From positions 4,797-68,796 of the forward strand of contig DATBYW010000029.1 of assembly GCA_036513515.1 (NCBI GenBank): DNA of 64,000 nt, given 5' to 3'. Source of the stretch: Candidatus Dormiibacterota bacterium (GTDB taxonomy: Bacteria; Chloroflexota; Dormibacteria; Dormibacterales; Dormibacteraceae). Of the stretch, positions 1-7,599 are shown one piece after another; position 1 is the first letter of the stretch; each line of letters starts with the position of its first letter. The notes beneath the pieces are model-generated. The model had not been told where the DNA came from and searched no databases. It was given only the letters and a program-made list of their open reading frames with translations. A program made the translations under genes and the position numbers.

Positions 1-27
1 CTTCCGGCTCGACGAGGTGGAACCGGC

Positions 28-531
28 ATGAGCGACGAGGGACCGGCCCGAGTCCTGGTGGCGGGAATCGGGAACGTCTTCCTGGGTGACGACGGCTTCG
101 GCGTGGAGGTTGTCGCCAGACTGGCGCGAAGACCGCTGCCGGAGGGGGTCGAAGTGGCCGACTTCGGCATCCGCGGCTTCGATCTGGCCTACGCCCTCAT
201 GGAGTCGTACGACGTGGCTGTGCTTGTGGACGCGCTCTCACAGAAGGGCAGACCCGGCGAGCTCTTCGTCCTGGAGCCGGACTTCGACCAGGTGGACGAC
301 CACGGAGTCGCCGACGGCCACAGCATGGACCCGGTGGCGGTCCTGCGGCTGGTGAAGCAGTTCGGCGGGAGGCCTCCAAGGCTCTTCGTGGTCGGCTGCG
401 AACCGGCCAGCCTCGGAGACGAGGAGGGATACATCGGGCTCAGTGAACCTGTGCAGGAAGCCCTGGACGGCGCCGTGGCGCTGGTCGAGGAGCTGGTGCA
501 GCGCCTCCGATCCGGCGCCGAGGTCGCCTGA
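28..531 (+). CDS. [NiFe]-hydrogenase maturation endopeptidase (HyaD/HupD/HycI family)
   Basis: 167 aa. N-terminal VLVAGIGNVFLGDDGFGVEVV and C-terminal HSMDP...FVVGCEP are typical of the family. Its stop overlaps the hypA start (TGATG). The structural hydrogenase genes are presumably upstream of the window. Confidence 0.9.
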   Translation: MSDEGPARVLVAGIGNVFLGDDGFGVEVVARLARRPLPEGVEVADFGIRGFDLAYALMESYDVAVLVDALSQKGRPGELFVLEPDFDQVDDHGVADGHSMDPVAVLRLVKQFGGRPPRLFVVGCEPASLGDEEGYIGLSEPVQEALDGAVALVEELVQRLRSGAEVA

Positions 532-914
532 TGCACGAGATAGCACTTTGCGAGGGAGTGCTGGGAGTCGCACTGGAGGCCGCGGCCGGCGAACCTGTGC
601 GGCGCGTACGGGTCCGGGTCGGACGCCTCCAGGCCGTGGTGCCGGACGTCTTCGACCAGGGCTGGGAGCTGGTCTCCCAGGGCACCGCGGCAGGTGGTTC
701 GCGCATAGAGATGGTCGAGATCCCGGTGCTGGTGCGCTGCAGGGCCTGCGGCCTGGAAACAGAGGCACCCGAGCCTCCGCTGGCGTGCCGCCACTGCGGC
801 TCACCGGACGTCCAGGTGGTCACCGGAGACGAGCTCGTGGTGGAAGAGGTGGAGCTGGCCGCCGGCGAGGTCCGCCGCAATCCGACGCTGGCCGCGTCGG
901 GGGAGGAAGGCTGA
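531..914 (+). CDS. hypA: Hydrogenase nickel-incorporation protein HypA
   Basis: 127 aa. Starts MHEIALCEGV and has two CxxC pairs (CRACG...CRHCG) forming the Zn site. Confidence 0.92.
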   Translation: MHEIALCEGVLGVALEAAAGEPVRRVRVRVGRLQAVVPDVFDQGWELVSQGTAAGGSRIEMVEIPVLVRCRACGLETEAPEPPLACRHCGSPDVQVVTGDELVVEEVELAAGEVRRNPTLAASGEEG

Positions 915-915
915 C

Positions 916-1191
916 ATGTGCCTGGCGATACCCGGCAAAGTTCTCGAGATCGTCGACGCAGAGCGTCAGATCGCCAAAGTCGAGGTGGTGGGCGTACGGC
1001 GCAACGTCAACATCGGGCTCCTCACCGGAGACGAGGCTCCCACAACAGGGGATTACGTCCTGATCCACGTCGGCTTCGCCCTCAGCAAGATCGACGAGCA
1101 GGAGGCCCTCGAGACCCAGCGCATCCTGGAGGACCTGGGCGAGGCGTATACGGATGAAGTGGAGCAGATCAAGTCCTCCAGCTTCAACTAA
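916..1191 (+). CDS. hypC: Hydrogenase assembly chaperone HypC/HupF
   Basis: 91 aa. Canonical N-terminus MCLAIPGKVLEI with Cys at position 2. Starts 2 nt after the hypA stop. Confidence 0.92.
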   Translation: MCLAIPGKVLEIVDAERQIAKVEVVGVRRNVNIGLLTGDEAPTTGDYVLIHVGFALSKIDEQEALETQRILEDLGEAYTDEVEQIKSSSFN

Positions 1192-1205
1192 AAGGAGGTC
1201 CAGGA

Positions 1206-1340
1206 ATGAGATCGACCAATCGTGGCCATGGAGGCTTCAGCTTGGGCTCGCTGCTCTTCGTGGTGCTGCTCGGCATCGCCGCCCTCGCCGCCATCAACGC
1301 GAAGGACATCGAGCGCTACATGAAGCTGCGCAGCATGTGA
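1206..1340 (+). CDS. Small single-pass membrane protein (44 aa), not in the ORF track
   Basis: ATG at 1206 lies 7 nt after AGGAGG. Product is MRSTNRGHGGFSLGSLLFVVLLGIAALAAINAKDIERYMKLRSM, with one hydrophobic helix and high GC3. Its TGA overlaps the GTG of the next gene (GTGA). Confidence 0.6.
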   Translation: MRSTNRGHGGFSLGSLLFVVLLGIAALAAINAKDIERYMKLRSM

Positions 1341-1852
1341 CGAGATTCCGGCTCGTCCCCGGCAGCTCGACCATCTCCACCGAGATGCGTTCGAGCATGC
1401 ATCCGATCACTGCCGAGACCCGGGCGCTGGTGGGCAACATCGACGGCGAGCTCGACGAGAACGGCCTTCCTCGCTTCGAGCTCGAGCACGGCGCACGCCT
1501 GCAGCTGGCGGTCGAGACCATGAAGTCGGGTCACCGTCTGCAGGACATGGAGATGCAGCGCCGGCTGGACGTCCGCAGGTACCCGCAAATCGAGGTGGTC
1601 GTCGACCGCGCCGGGCAGGCCGGCCGGCCCGACAGGTACCGCGCCTCGGTCAAGGTGACCGCGCACGGGCGGACGCGATCCTTCGACGAGGACTTCTCCA
1701 TGCGGGTGGAGGGCCGGCGGCTGGTAATCGAGGGAGAGCACACCTTCGACATGCGCGACTTCGACGTCAACCCGCCGAACTTCCTCACCCTCAAGGTTCA
1801 TCCCGAGGTCAGGGTGAGGGCGCGGATCGTGGCCGAGCAGGATGGCCGTTGA
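1337..1852 (+). CDS. YceI-like (lipid/polyisoprenoid-binding fold) protein
   Basis: The track ORF 1154-1852 overlaps the hypC tail. An in-frame GTG at 1337 is coupled to the upstream small ORF. The sequence (RFRLVPGSSTISTEMRSSMHPITAETRALVGNIDGEL...FDMRDFDV) resembles the YceI family. The family call is from memory. Confidence 0.55.
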   Translation: MTRFRLVPGSSTISTEMRSSMHPITAETRALVGNIDGELDENGLPRFELEHGARLQLAVETMKSGHRLQDMEMQRRLDVRRYPQIEVVVDRAGQAGRPDRYRASVKVTAHGRTRSFDEDFSMRVEGRRLVIEGEHTFDMRDFDVNPPNFLTLKVHPEVRVRARIVAEQDGR

Positions 1853-3981
1853 TTGCTGATCGCCGGCGGCTGGCGGTTACCGTGCGGGGAACGGTCCAGG
1901 GCGTGGGATTCCGGCCCTTCGTCTACCGCCTGGCACGCGCCCACAAGCTGAGCGGCTGGGTTCGCAACTCGACCGGCCCGGTAGAGATCGAGGTCGAGGG
2001 CGGAGAGCCGGAGCTCGTCGGCTTCCTGCGCGAGCTGGAGGCCGAGGCGCCCCCGCTGGCCCACGTCCGCACTGTCGACTCCTCCCCCATCCCCCTGGCC
2101 GGCGACACGGACTTCATGATCCAGCCGAGCCGCCACCGCGACGACGACTTTCAGCCTGTGGCGCCCGACGCCGCGACCTGCGAGGACTGCTTGAGGGAGC
2201 TCTTCGACCCGCGCGACCGGCGCTTCAGATACCCCTTCATCAACTGCACCAACTGCGGCCCCCGGTTCACCGTGATCGAGGCCCTCCCCTACGACCGCCC
2301 CAACACGACCATGCGTCACTTCACCATGTGCCCGGACTGTCAGCGTGAGTACGAGGACCCGCTGGACCGCCGCTTCCACGCCCAGCCCAACGCCTGCTGG
2401 GCCTGTGGTCCCCGGCTCTCCATTTCTCTGGAGGAAGCCGTCGCCGCCCTCCAGGCCGGCCTTGTGCTGGCGGTCAAGGGACTGGGCGGCTATCAGCTCG
2501 CTTGCGATGCCCGCTCGGAACTCGCGATCGGTCGCCTCCGGCAGCGAAAGCGCCGCCTCTCGAAGCCCTTTGCGGTGATGACCACCGAACCGGTCGCCTC
2601 CGCCGAGGAGTGGACCGCGCTGCAATCGGCTGCGCGGCCGATAGTCCTCCTCGGCGCCCAGCCTGGACTGGCCGAAGGCGTGGCGCCTGGCCTGGCCGAG
2701 CACGGGGTCATGCTCCCCTACACCCCGCTTCACCACCTGCTGATGGCGGCGTTCGGAGGGCCGCTGGTGATGACGAGCGGCAATCTCAGCGAAGAGCCGA
2801 TCTGCCGCGACGACTCGGAGGCCCGAGAGCGGCTCGGCGCCATCGCCGACCTCTTCCTCGCACACGATCGGCCGATCGCCGCCCGCTACGACGACTCCGT
2901 GGTCCGGGTTTGCGGCGGCGCCACCAGGGTCATCCGGCGCGCAAGAGGCCTTGCGCCGGCGCCCATCGAGCTGCCTCTCGCTCCACCCCTGGTAGCCACC
3001 GGCGCGCACCTCAAGGCCGCGTTTACGGTGGCTCGGGACGGGCAGGCATTCGTGGGTCCGCACGTAGGCGACCTGGACGATCTGCTGACCGTGCGAAGCT
3101 ATCAGGAGAGCCTGGTCGCCTACGAACGGATGTTCCACGTTTTACCGACGCGGGTGGCCTGCGACCTGCACCCCGACTACGCCTCGACCAGGATCGCCGA
3201 AGGTCTGGCCGGCGAAGGGGAGCCGCTTCGCGTCCAGCATCACCACGCGCACGTGGCGAGCGTCATCGCGGAGCACGGCCTCCGCGGGGCGACCGCCGGG
3301 GTGGCTCTGGACGGGGTCGGGCTCGGGCATGATGGAACCGTGTGGGGAGGCGAGATCCTGGTCTGTGAGGGAAGCCTGTGCCGGCGCGTTGCACACCTGG
3401 AGCCGGTTCCGCTGCCGGGCGGTGACCTCTGCGCCCGGGAAGGTTGGCGGATGGCTGCCGCCTACGGCCTCTCCGAGGCCCCGGCAGGCGTCGACCCAGC
3501 TCGCTTCGAGGTCATCCGCCGCCTGGCTGGGTCGGGCCAGGCTCCGTTGACCTCGTCGATGGGCCGCTTCTTTGACGCCGTGGCGAGCCTGCTCGGGGTT
3601 TGCCAGGTTTCCAGCTACGAGGGTGAGGCGGCCGCGCTGCTGGAGGCGGCCGCCGACCCGGGGGTCACCGAGCTGATCGAGGTCGGCCTGGCCGAGAACC
3701 GAAGGCTCTTCGCCGCGCTCAGCTCCCGCCGGGGAGAGCCCGTGGGCCGCCTGGCCGCCGTCTTTCACAACTCCTTGGTCCACGCTGTGGTGGAAGCCTG
3801 CCTGGCCACCGGCATTCGCCAGGTGGCGCTCTCGGGAGGCTGCTTCCAGAACCGGCGGCTGCTCGAATCCTGCCTGGAGGCGCTGCTGGCGGCCGGCCTG
3901 AAGCCTTACGCCAACGAGCAGGTGCCGGCCAACGACGGCGGCCTCAGCCTGGGACAGGCCTGGGTGGCCTCGTGCGCGTAA
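1849..3981 (+). CDS. hypF: Carbamoyltransferase HypF
   Basis: 710 aa. Has an acylphosphatase domain (VRGTVQGVGFRPFVYRLA), two zinc-finger pairs (CEDC...CTNCGPRF, CPDC...CWACGP), then YrdC-like and Kae1-like domains. The TTG start overlaps the upstream stop (TTGA). Confidence 0.95.
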   Translation: MIADRRRLAVTVRGTVQGVGFRPFVYRLARAHKLSGWVRNSTGPVEIEVEGGEPELVGFLRELEAEAPPLAHVRTVDSSPIPLAGDTDFMIQPSRHRDDDFQPVAPDAATCEDCLRELFDPRDRRFRYPFINCTNCGPRFTVIEALPYDRPNTTMRHFTMCPDCQREYEDPLDRRFHAQPNACWACGPRLSISLEEAVAALQAGLVLAVKGLGGYQLACDARSELAIGRLRQRKRRLSKPFAVMTTEPVASAEEWTALQSAARPIVLLGAQPGLAEGVAPGLAEHGVMLPYTPLHHLLMAAFGGPLVMTSGNLSEEPICRDDSEARERLGAIADLFLAHDRPIAARYDDSVVRVCGGATRVIRRARGLAPAPIELPLAPPLVATGAHLKAAFTVARDGQAFVGPHVGDLDDLLTVRSYQESLVAYERMFHVLPTRVACDLHPDYASTRIAEGLAGEGEPLRVQHHHAHVASVIAEHGLRGATAGVALDGVGLGHDGTVWGGEILVCEGSLCRRVAHLEPVPLPGGDLCAREGWRMAAAYGLSEAPAGVDPARFEVIRRLAGSGQAPLTSSMGRFFDAVASLLGVCQVSSYEGEAAALLEAAADPGVTELIEVGLAENRRLFAALSSRRGEPVGRLAAVFHNSLVHAVVEACLATGIRQVALSGGCFQNRRLLESCLEALLAAGLKPYANEQVPANDGGLSLGQAWVASCA

Positions 3982-5234
3982 CCACTGCGGCGGGCCGCCA
4001 CTACCAGTCAGTGCTCGCGGCCGGGGAGGCATTCTTCGCAGCCCGGGCCCCCGAGCTGGCCAGCGCCTGCTGGGGCATGGCGCGCAAATTCCACAAGGGT
4101 GGGCGGCTCCTGATCCACGCCGGGCCGGGCGCCACGTTCAGCGACGCCCAGCACAACGCCGTCGAGTTCATCCACCCGGTGCTGGTCGGTAAGCGCGCGC
4201 TCCCCGCCGTCGCTCTCAGAGAGGCCGCCTGGCTGCCCCGGATGGCGAAGCCGGACGACGTGCGCATGGAGATCTTTGCGACCTCGATGGTGGTCGACGA
4301 CCAGGTCTTCCAGGTCGAGACCGCTGATCCGCTGGTCGCTCAGGAGATCCTGGAGACCGCCTATCACGAGCTCTGGGAGCTGGTCCACGTCTTCTTCGAG
4401 CATGAGGGCCTGCTCGGCGAGGACTCCGGCGAAGAGGTCTGCCTGACGTGCGGCGACGTCGCGGTCCAGGCCTCGGTGGTCCGGGTCGAGGGCTCCACCG
4501 GCCTGGTGCGAACCGCGGCCGGCGAGGAGGAGGTCGATCTCTCCCTGGTCGAAGGGGTCCGGCCCGGCGACCTCGTCCTCTGCCACGGCGGCGTGGCAAT
4601 CGACCAGGTGAAGCCGATCGAGCAGTTCTCTCAGGAGTTCTATCCCTTCCTGACCAACGAGGCGGTGGACGCCGCAACGGTGCTCGCGGACGTGAGCCGC
4701 TCGGTGATGGTCAAATGGGAGGAAGTGGCGGCCCTCCGGCGCGCCATGCGCCTGGACGCCGTGGAGGAGGTCCTGGCTTCGGTTCGAGACCGAGTCCGAG
4801 CAGGCGCCACGGTGCACACCATGGGGAACGGAGGCAGCGCCACCGACGCAGCCGACCTGGCGGCCGACCTTCATGCGATCGGCGTGCCGGCCCTCGACCT
4901 GGCCGGCGAGGCGGCCGTGATCACCGGGATCGCCAACGACGTCGGCTTCGAGGAGATTTTCGGCCGCCAGCTGATCGCCCTGGCCCGTCCCGGCGACGTC
5001 GCGGTTGGCATCACTACCAGCGGCCGCTCGAGCAACGTGCTGCGAGCCCTTCGCCAGGCGAAGAAGCAGGGCATGCTGACCATCGGCCTGGCCGGCTACG
5101 GCGGAGGAGAGATGACCCGGGAGGAGAGCATCGACCATCTCCTGGTCACAGACAGCACGTATATACCTCGGATCCAGGAAGCCCAGGCCACGATCTACCA
5201 CGCGCTCGTGCGGGGGCTGGAGGAGGACACATGA
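3972..5234 (+). CDS. Fusion protein: degenerate SIS module, HypC-like module, intact SIS (GmhA/DiaA-like) domain
   Basis: 420 aa. N-terminal part has GGRLLIHAGPGATFSDAQHNAVEF...AQEILETAYHELWELV. Centre has VCLTCGDVAVQASVVRVEG...VRPGDLVLCHGGVAIDQV. C-terminal part has MGNGGSATDAADLA...TTSGRSSNVL...IPRIQEAQATIYHAL. Its stop overlaps the hypD ATG (ATGA). Confidence 0.75.
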   Translation: MRVTTAAGRHYQSVLAAGEAFFAARAPELASACWGMARKFHKGGRLLIHAGPGATFSDAQHNAVEFIHPVLVGKRALPAVALREAAWLPRMAKPDDVRMEIFATSMVVDDQVFQVETADPLVAQEILETAYHELWELVHVFFEHEGLLGEDSGEEVCLTCGDVAVQASVVRVEGSTGLVRTAAGEEEVDLSLVEGVRPGDLVLCHGGVAIDQVKPIEQFSQEFYPFLTNEAVDAATVLADVSRSVMVKWEEVAALRRAMRLDAVEEVLASVRDRVRAGATVHTMGNGGSATDAADLAADLHAIGVPALDLAGEAAVITGIANDVGFEEIFGRQLIALARPGDVAVGITTSGRSSNVLRALRQAKKQGMLTIGLAGYGGGEMTREESIDHLLVTDSTYIPRIQEAQATIYHALVRGLEEDT

Positions 5235-6355
5235 AGTTCGTCGACGAATTTCGGGATCAGGGTGTGGCCGCCGCGCTGGCCAAGCGGATCGCCACAGAAT
5301 CCGCCGGCCACGACTGGAAGGTGATGGAGGTCTGTGGAGGCCACACTCACACGATCTACAAGTACGGGATCGAAGACCTCCTGCCGCCCAACGTCGAGCT
5401 CGTCCACGGGCCGGGATGCCCCGTCTGCGTCATTCCCATGGGCCGGGTCGACGATGGCATCGCCGTGGCCAAGACCGACGGCGTCATCTTCACCTGCTTC
5501 GGCGACATGATGCGGGTGCCGGGCGGCGACGGCTCGCTGCTCGACGCCAAGGCGCAGGGAGCCGACGTGCGGATGGTCTACTCCCCGCTCGACGCCCTCA
5601 AGATCGCTCGCCAGAACCCGGACCGAGAGGTGGTCTTCTACGCCATCGGCTTCGAGACCACCGCACCGTCAACGGCGCTCACGATCCTGCGGGCGGCACA
5701 GGACGACATCCCGAACTTCTCCGTCTTCTGCAACCACGTCACCATCGTTCCTCCCATGAAGGCCATCCTGGATTCGCCCGACCTCAGGCTGGACGGCTTC
5801 CTGGGACCGGGCCACGTCAGCGCGGTAGTCGGCATCCGGCCCTACGAGTTCGTGGCCAAGCGGTACGGAAAGCCGGTTGCGGTCGTCGGCTTCGAGCCGC
5901 TCGACATTCTCCAGGGCGTCTACATGGTGATCCGGCAGGTCAACGAGGGCCGCTGCGAGGTAGAAAACCAGTACCGCCGGATCGTCCGCGACGACGGCAA
6001 CCCTCGCGCGCTCGAGGTGCTGCGGCAGGTCTTCAAGCTCCGGCCGCACTTCGAGTGGCGGGGCCTCGGTTTCATCTCCCTGTCTGCGCTGGCACTGCGC
6101 GACGAGTTCGCTCGATTCGACGCCGAGCTCCGCTTCGAGGTGCCCGGCGTGCGGGTCGCCGACCCCAAGGCATGTCAGTGCGGTGAGGTGCTGAAAGGCG
6201 TGCTCAAGCCCTGGGAGTGCAAGGTCTTCGGGACCGCCTGCACCCCGGAGACGCCGATTGGGACCTGCATGGTCTCCTCCGAAGGGGCGTGTGCCGCCTA
6301 CTACAACTTCGGCCGCTTCTCCCGGGCCGAGTCCCGGCTGAAAGTGCTGCAGTAG
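5231..6355 (+). CDS. hypD: Hydrogenase maturation protein HypD
   Basis: The track ORF 4448-6355 is over-extended. The ATG at 5231 gives MKFVDEFRD..., with the motifs CGGHTH, GPGCPVC and FETT. Confidence 0.93.
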   Translation: MKFVDEFRDQGVAAALAKRIATESAGHDWKVMEVCGGHTHTIYKYGIEDLLPPNVELVHGPGCPVCVIPMGRVDDGIAVAKTDGVIFTCFGDMMRVPGGDGSLLDAKAQGADVRMVYSPLDALKIARQNPDREVVFYAIGFETTAPSTALTILRAAQDDIPNFSVFCNHVTIVPPMKAILDSPDLRLDGFLGPGHVSAVVGIRPYEFVAKRYGKPVAVVGFEPLDILQGVYMVIRQVNEGRCEVENQYRRIVRDDGNPRALEVLRQVFKLRPHFEWRGLGFISLSALALRDEFARFDAELRFEVPGVRVADPKACQCGEVLKGVLKPWECKVFGTACTPETPIGTCMVSSEGACAAYYNFGRFSRAESRLKVLQ

Positions 6356-6369
6356 GAAGGAGCGCGCCG

Positions 6370-7455
6370 GTGCCAGCCAGCGACTCCTCACGGGTAGGAA
6401 AGTGGTCCGAGCAAGAGGTACTGGACCGGATCGAGGCCATCCGGCGCCGGGCCCCACGTTTGCGCGATGAGGCCATCAACATGGCGCACGGCGCCGGCGG
6501 CAAGGCCACCCATACGCTCATCGAGGCCCTATTCAGGCCCGCCTTTGGAAACCCCAGCGGCGACGCGGCGCTGCTGAGCCTGGACGGGCGGACGCTGGCG
6601 GTGACCACTGACACCTACGTCGTCTCGCCGCTCTTCTTCCCGGGGGGCGACATCGGCGAGCTGGCGGTGAACGGAACCGTCAATGATCTGGCCGTCGCCG
6701 GAGCTCAGCCGCTCTGCTTGACAGCGGGCTTCATTCTGGAAGAAGGGCTGCCGGTGGAGACGTTGCGCCGGGTCACCGAGTCCATGGCGGCGGCAGCCAG
6801 GCGAGCAGGCGTGAGCCTCCTCGCCGGCGACACCAAGGTCGTGCCGCGCGGCAAGGGAGACCTCCTCTTCCTGAACACGACCGGGGTTGGAGAGGTCAGG
6901 CAACCGGAGCGCCTGGGATTGGCGCAGGTGAGGGCCGGAGACGCCGTCCTGGTCTCGGGAACCATCGGCGACCACGGCACCGCCATCATGCTGGCGCGCG
7001 GCGACCTGGACCTGGAGACCGACCTTGAATCGGACACGGCGCCCCTCCACGAGCTCTGCTCAGCGGCATTGGAGGCCGGCGACGTCCACCTCATGCGTGA
7101 CGCAACGCGGGGCGGGGTTGCGACAGTCCTCAACGAACTGGCCGCTGAGGCCCAGGTCGCGGTGGCGATGAGGGAGCAGGAGATTCCCATCCGAGACGAG
7201 GTTCGCGGCGCCGCCGAGATTCTCGGCATCGACCCGCTCTACATGGCGAACGAGGGCAAGCTCGTCGCGGTGGTCGCCGCGGCGGACGCGAAGACTGTGC
7301 TGGCTGCGCTGCGGAGCCATCCGCTGGGCGAGCAGGCGGCGATCATCGGCGAGGTCCGGGCCGAGCCACCGGGCATGGTCTTCATGCACACCGCCTTCGG
7401 CGGCTCACGGGTCGTCGACATGCTCATCGGGGACCCTCTGCCTCGCATTTGCTAA
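6370..7455 (+). CDS. hypE: Hydrogenase maturation protein HypE
   Basis: GTG at 6370 follows GGAAGGAG. Has an AIR-synthase-like fold and the C-terminal GDPLPRIC (terminal Cys), typical of HypE. The track ORF 6217-7455 is over-extended into hypD. Confidence 0.92.
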   Translation: MPASDSSRVGKWSEQEVLDRIEAIRRRAPRLRDEAINMAHGAGGKATHTLIEALFRPAFGNPSGDAALLSLDGRTLAVTTDTYVVSPLFFPGGDIGELAVNGTVNDLAVAGAQPLCLTAGFILEEGLPVETLRRVTESMAAAARRAGVSLLAGDTKVVPRGKGDLLFLNTTGVGEVRQPERLGLAQVRAGDAVLVSGTIGDHGTAIMLARGDLDLETDLESDTAPLHELCSAALEAGDVHLMRDATRGGVATVLNELAAEAQVAVAMREQEIPIRDEVRGAAEILGIDPLYMANEGKLVAVVAAADAKTVLAALRSHPLGEQAAIIGEVRAEPPGMVFMHTAFGGSRVVDMLIGDPLPRIC

Positions 7456-7457
7456 AG

Positions 7458-7480
7458 CATGGGGGAGGCAGGCCTCCCCC
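7458..7480. repeat. 23-nt hairpin repeat, copy 1 (catgggggaggcaggcctccccc)
   Basis: Identical to 7567-7589. Contains the self-complementary arms GGGGGAGGC/GCCTCCCCC. Starts 3 nt after the hypE stop. Confidence 0.85.
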
Positions 7481-7532
7481 ACGGGCCCCCTCCCGCAGAG
7501 TGACTCTTTTGTTTCGGGGGCGGGAATCACTC

Positions 7533-7551
7533 GGCCCGGGGGACCCGGGCC
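7533..7551. terminator. GC-rich stem-loop (ggcccggg-gga-cccgggcc) in a convergent intergenic region
   Basis: Perfect 8-bp stem with a 3-nt loop, lying between the two 23-nt repeat copies. There is no clear U-tract, so the terminator function is inferred only. Confidence 0.4.
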
Positions 7552-7566
7552 TATCAAGTGACGAGT

Positions 7567-7589
7567 CATGGGGGAGGCAGGCCTCCCCC
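7567..7589. repeat. 23-nt hairpin repeat, copy 2
   Basis: Exact direct repeat of 7458-7480. Lies 10 nt from the stop of the minus-strand helicase gene. Confidence 0.85.
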
Positions 7590-7599
7590 GCGGGGTGGG

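Noticed and set aside
189-5201. Long antisense or out-of-frame ORFs over the hyp genes (for example 189-794 minus, 1798-3138 minus, 2502-3332 plus, 4008-5201 minus, 4448-5230 plus)
   Set aside because: These are typical shadow ORFs of high-GC DNA. Their translations are Arg/Pro/Gly-rich and low in complexity. GC3 is highest in the frames assigned to Hyp proteins, and each assigned frame has clear family motifs.
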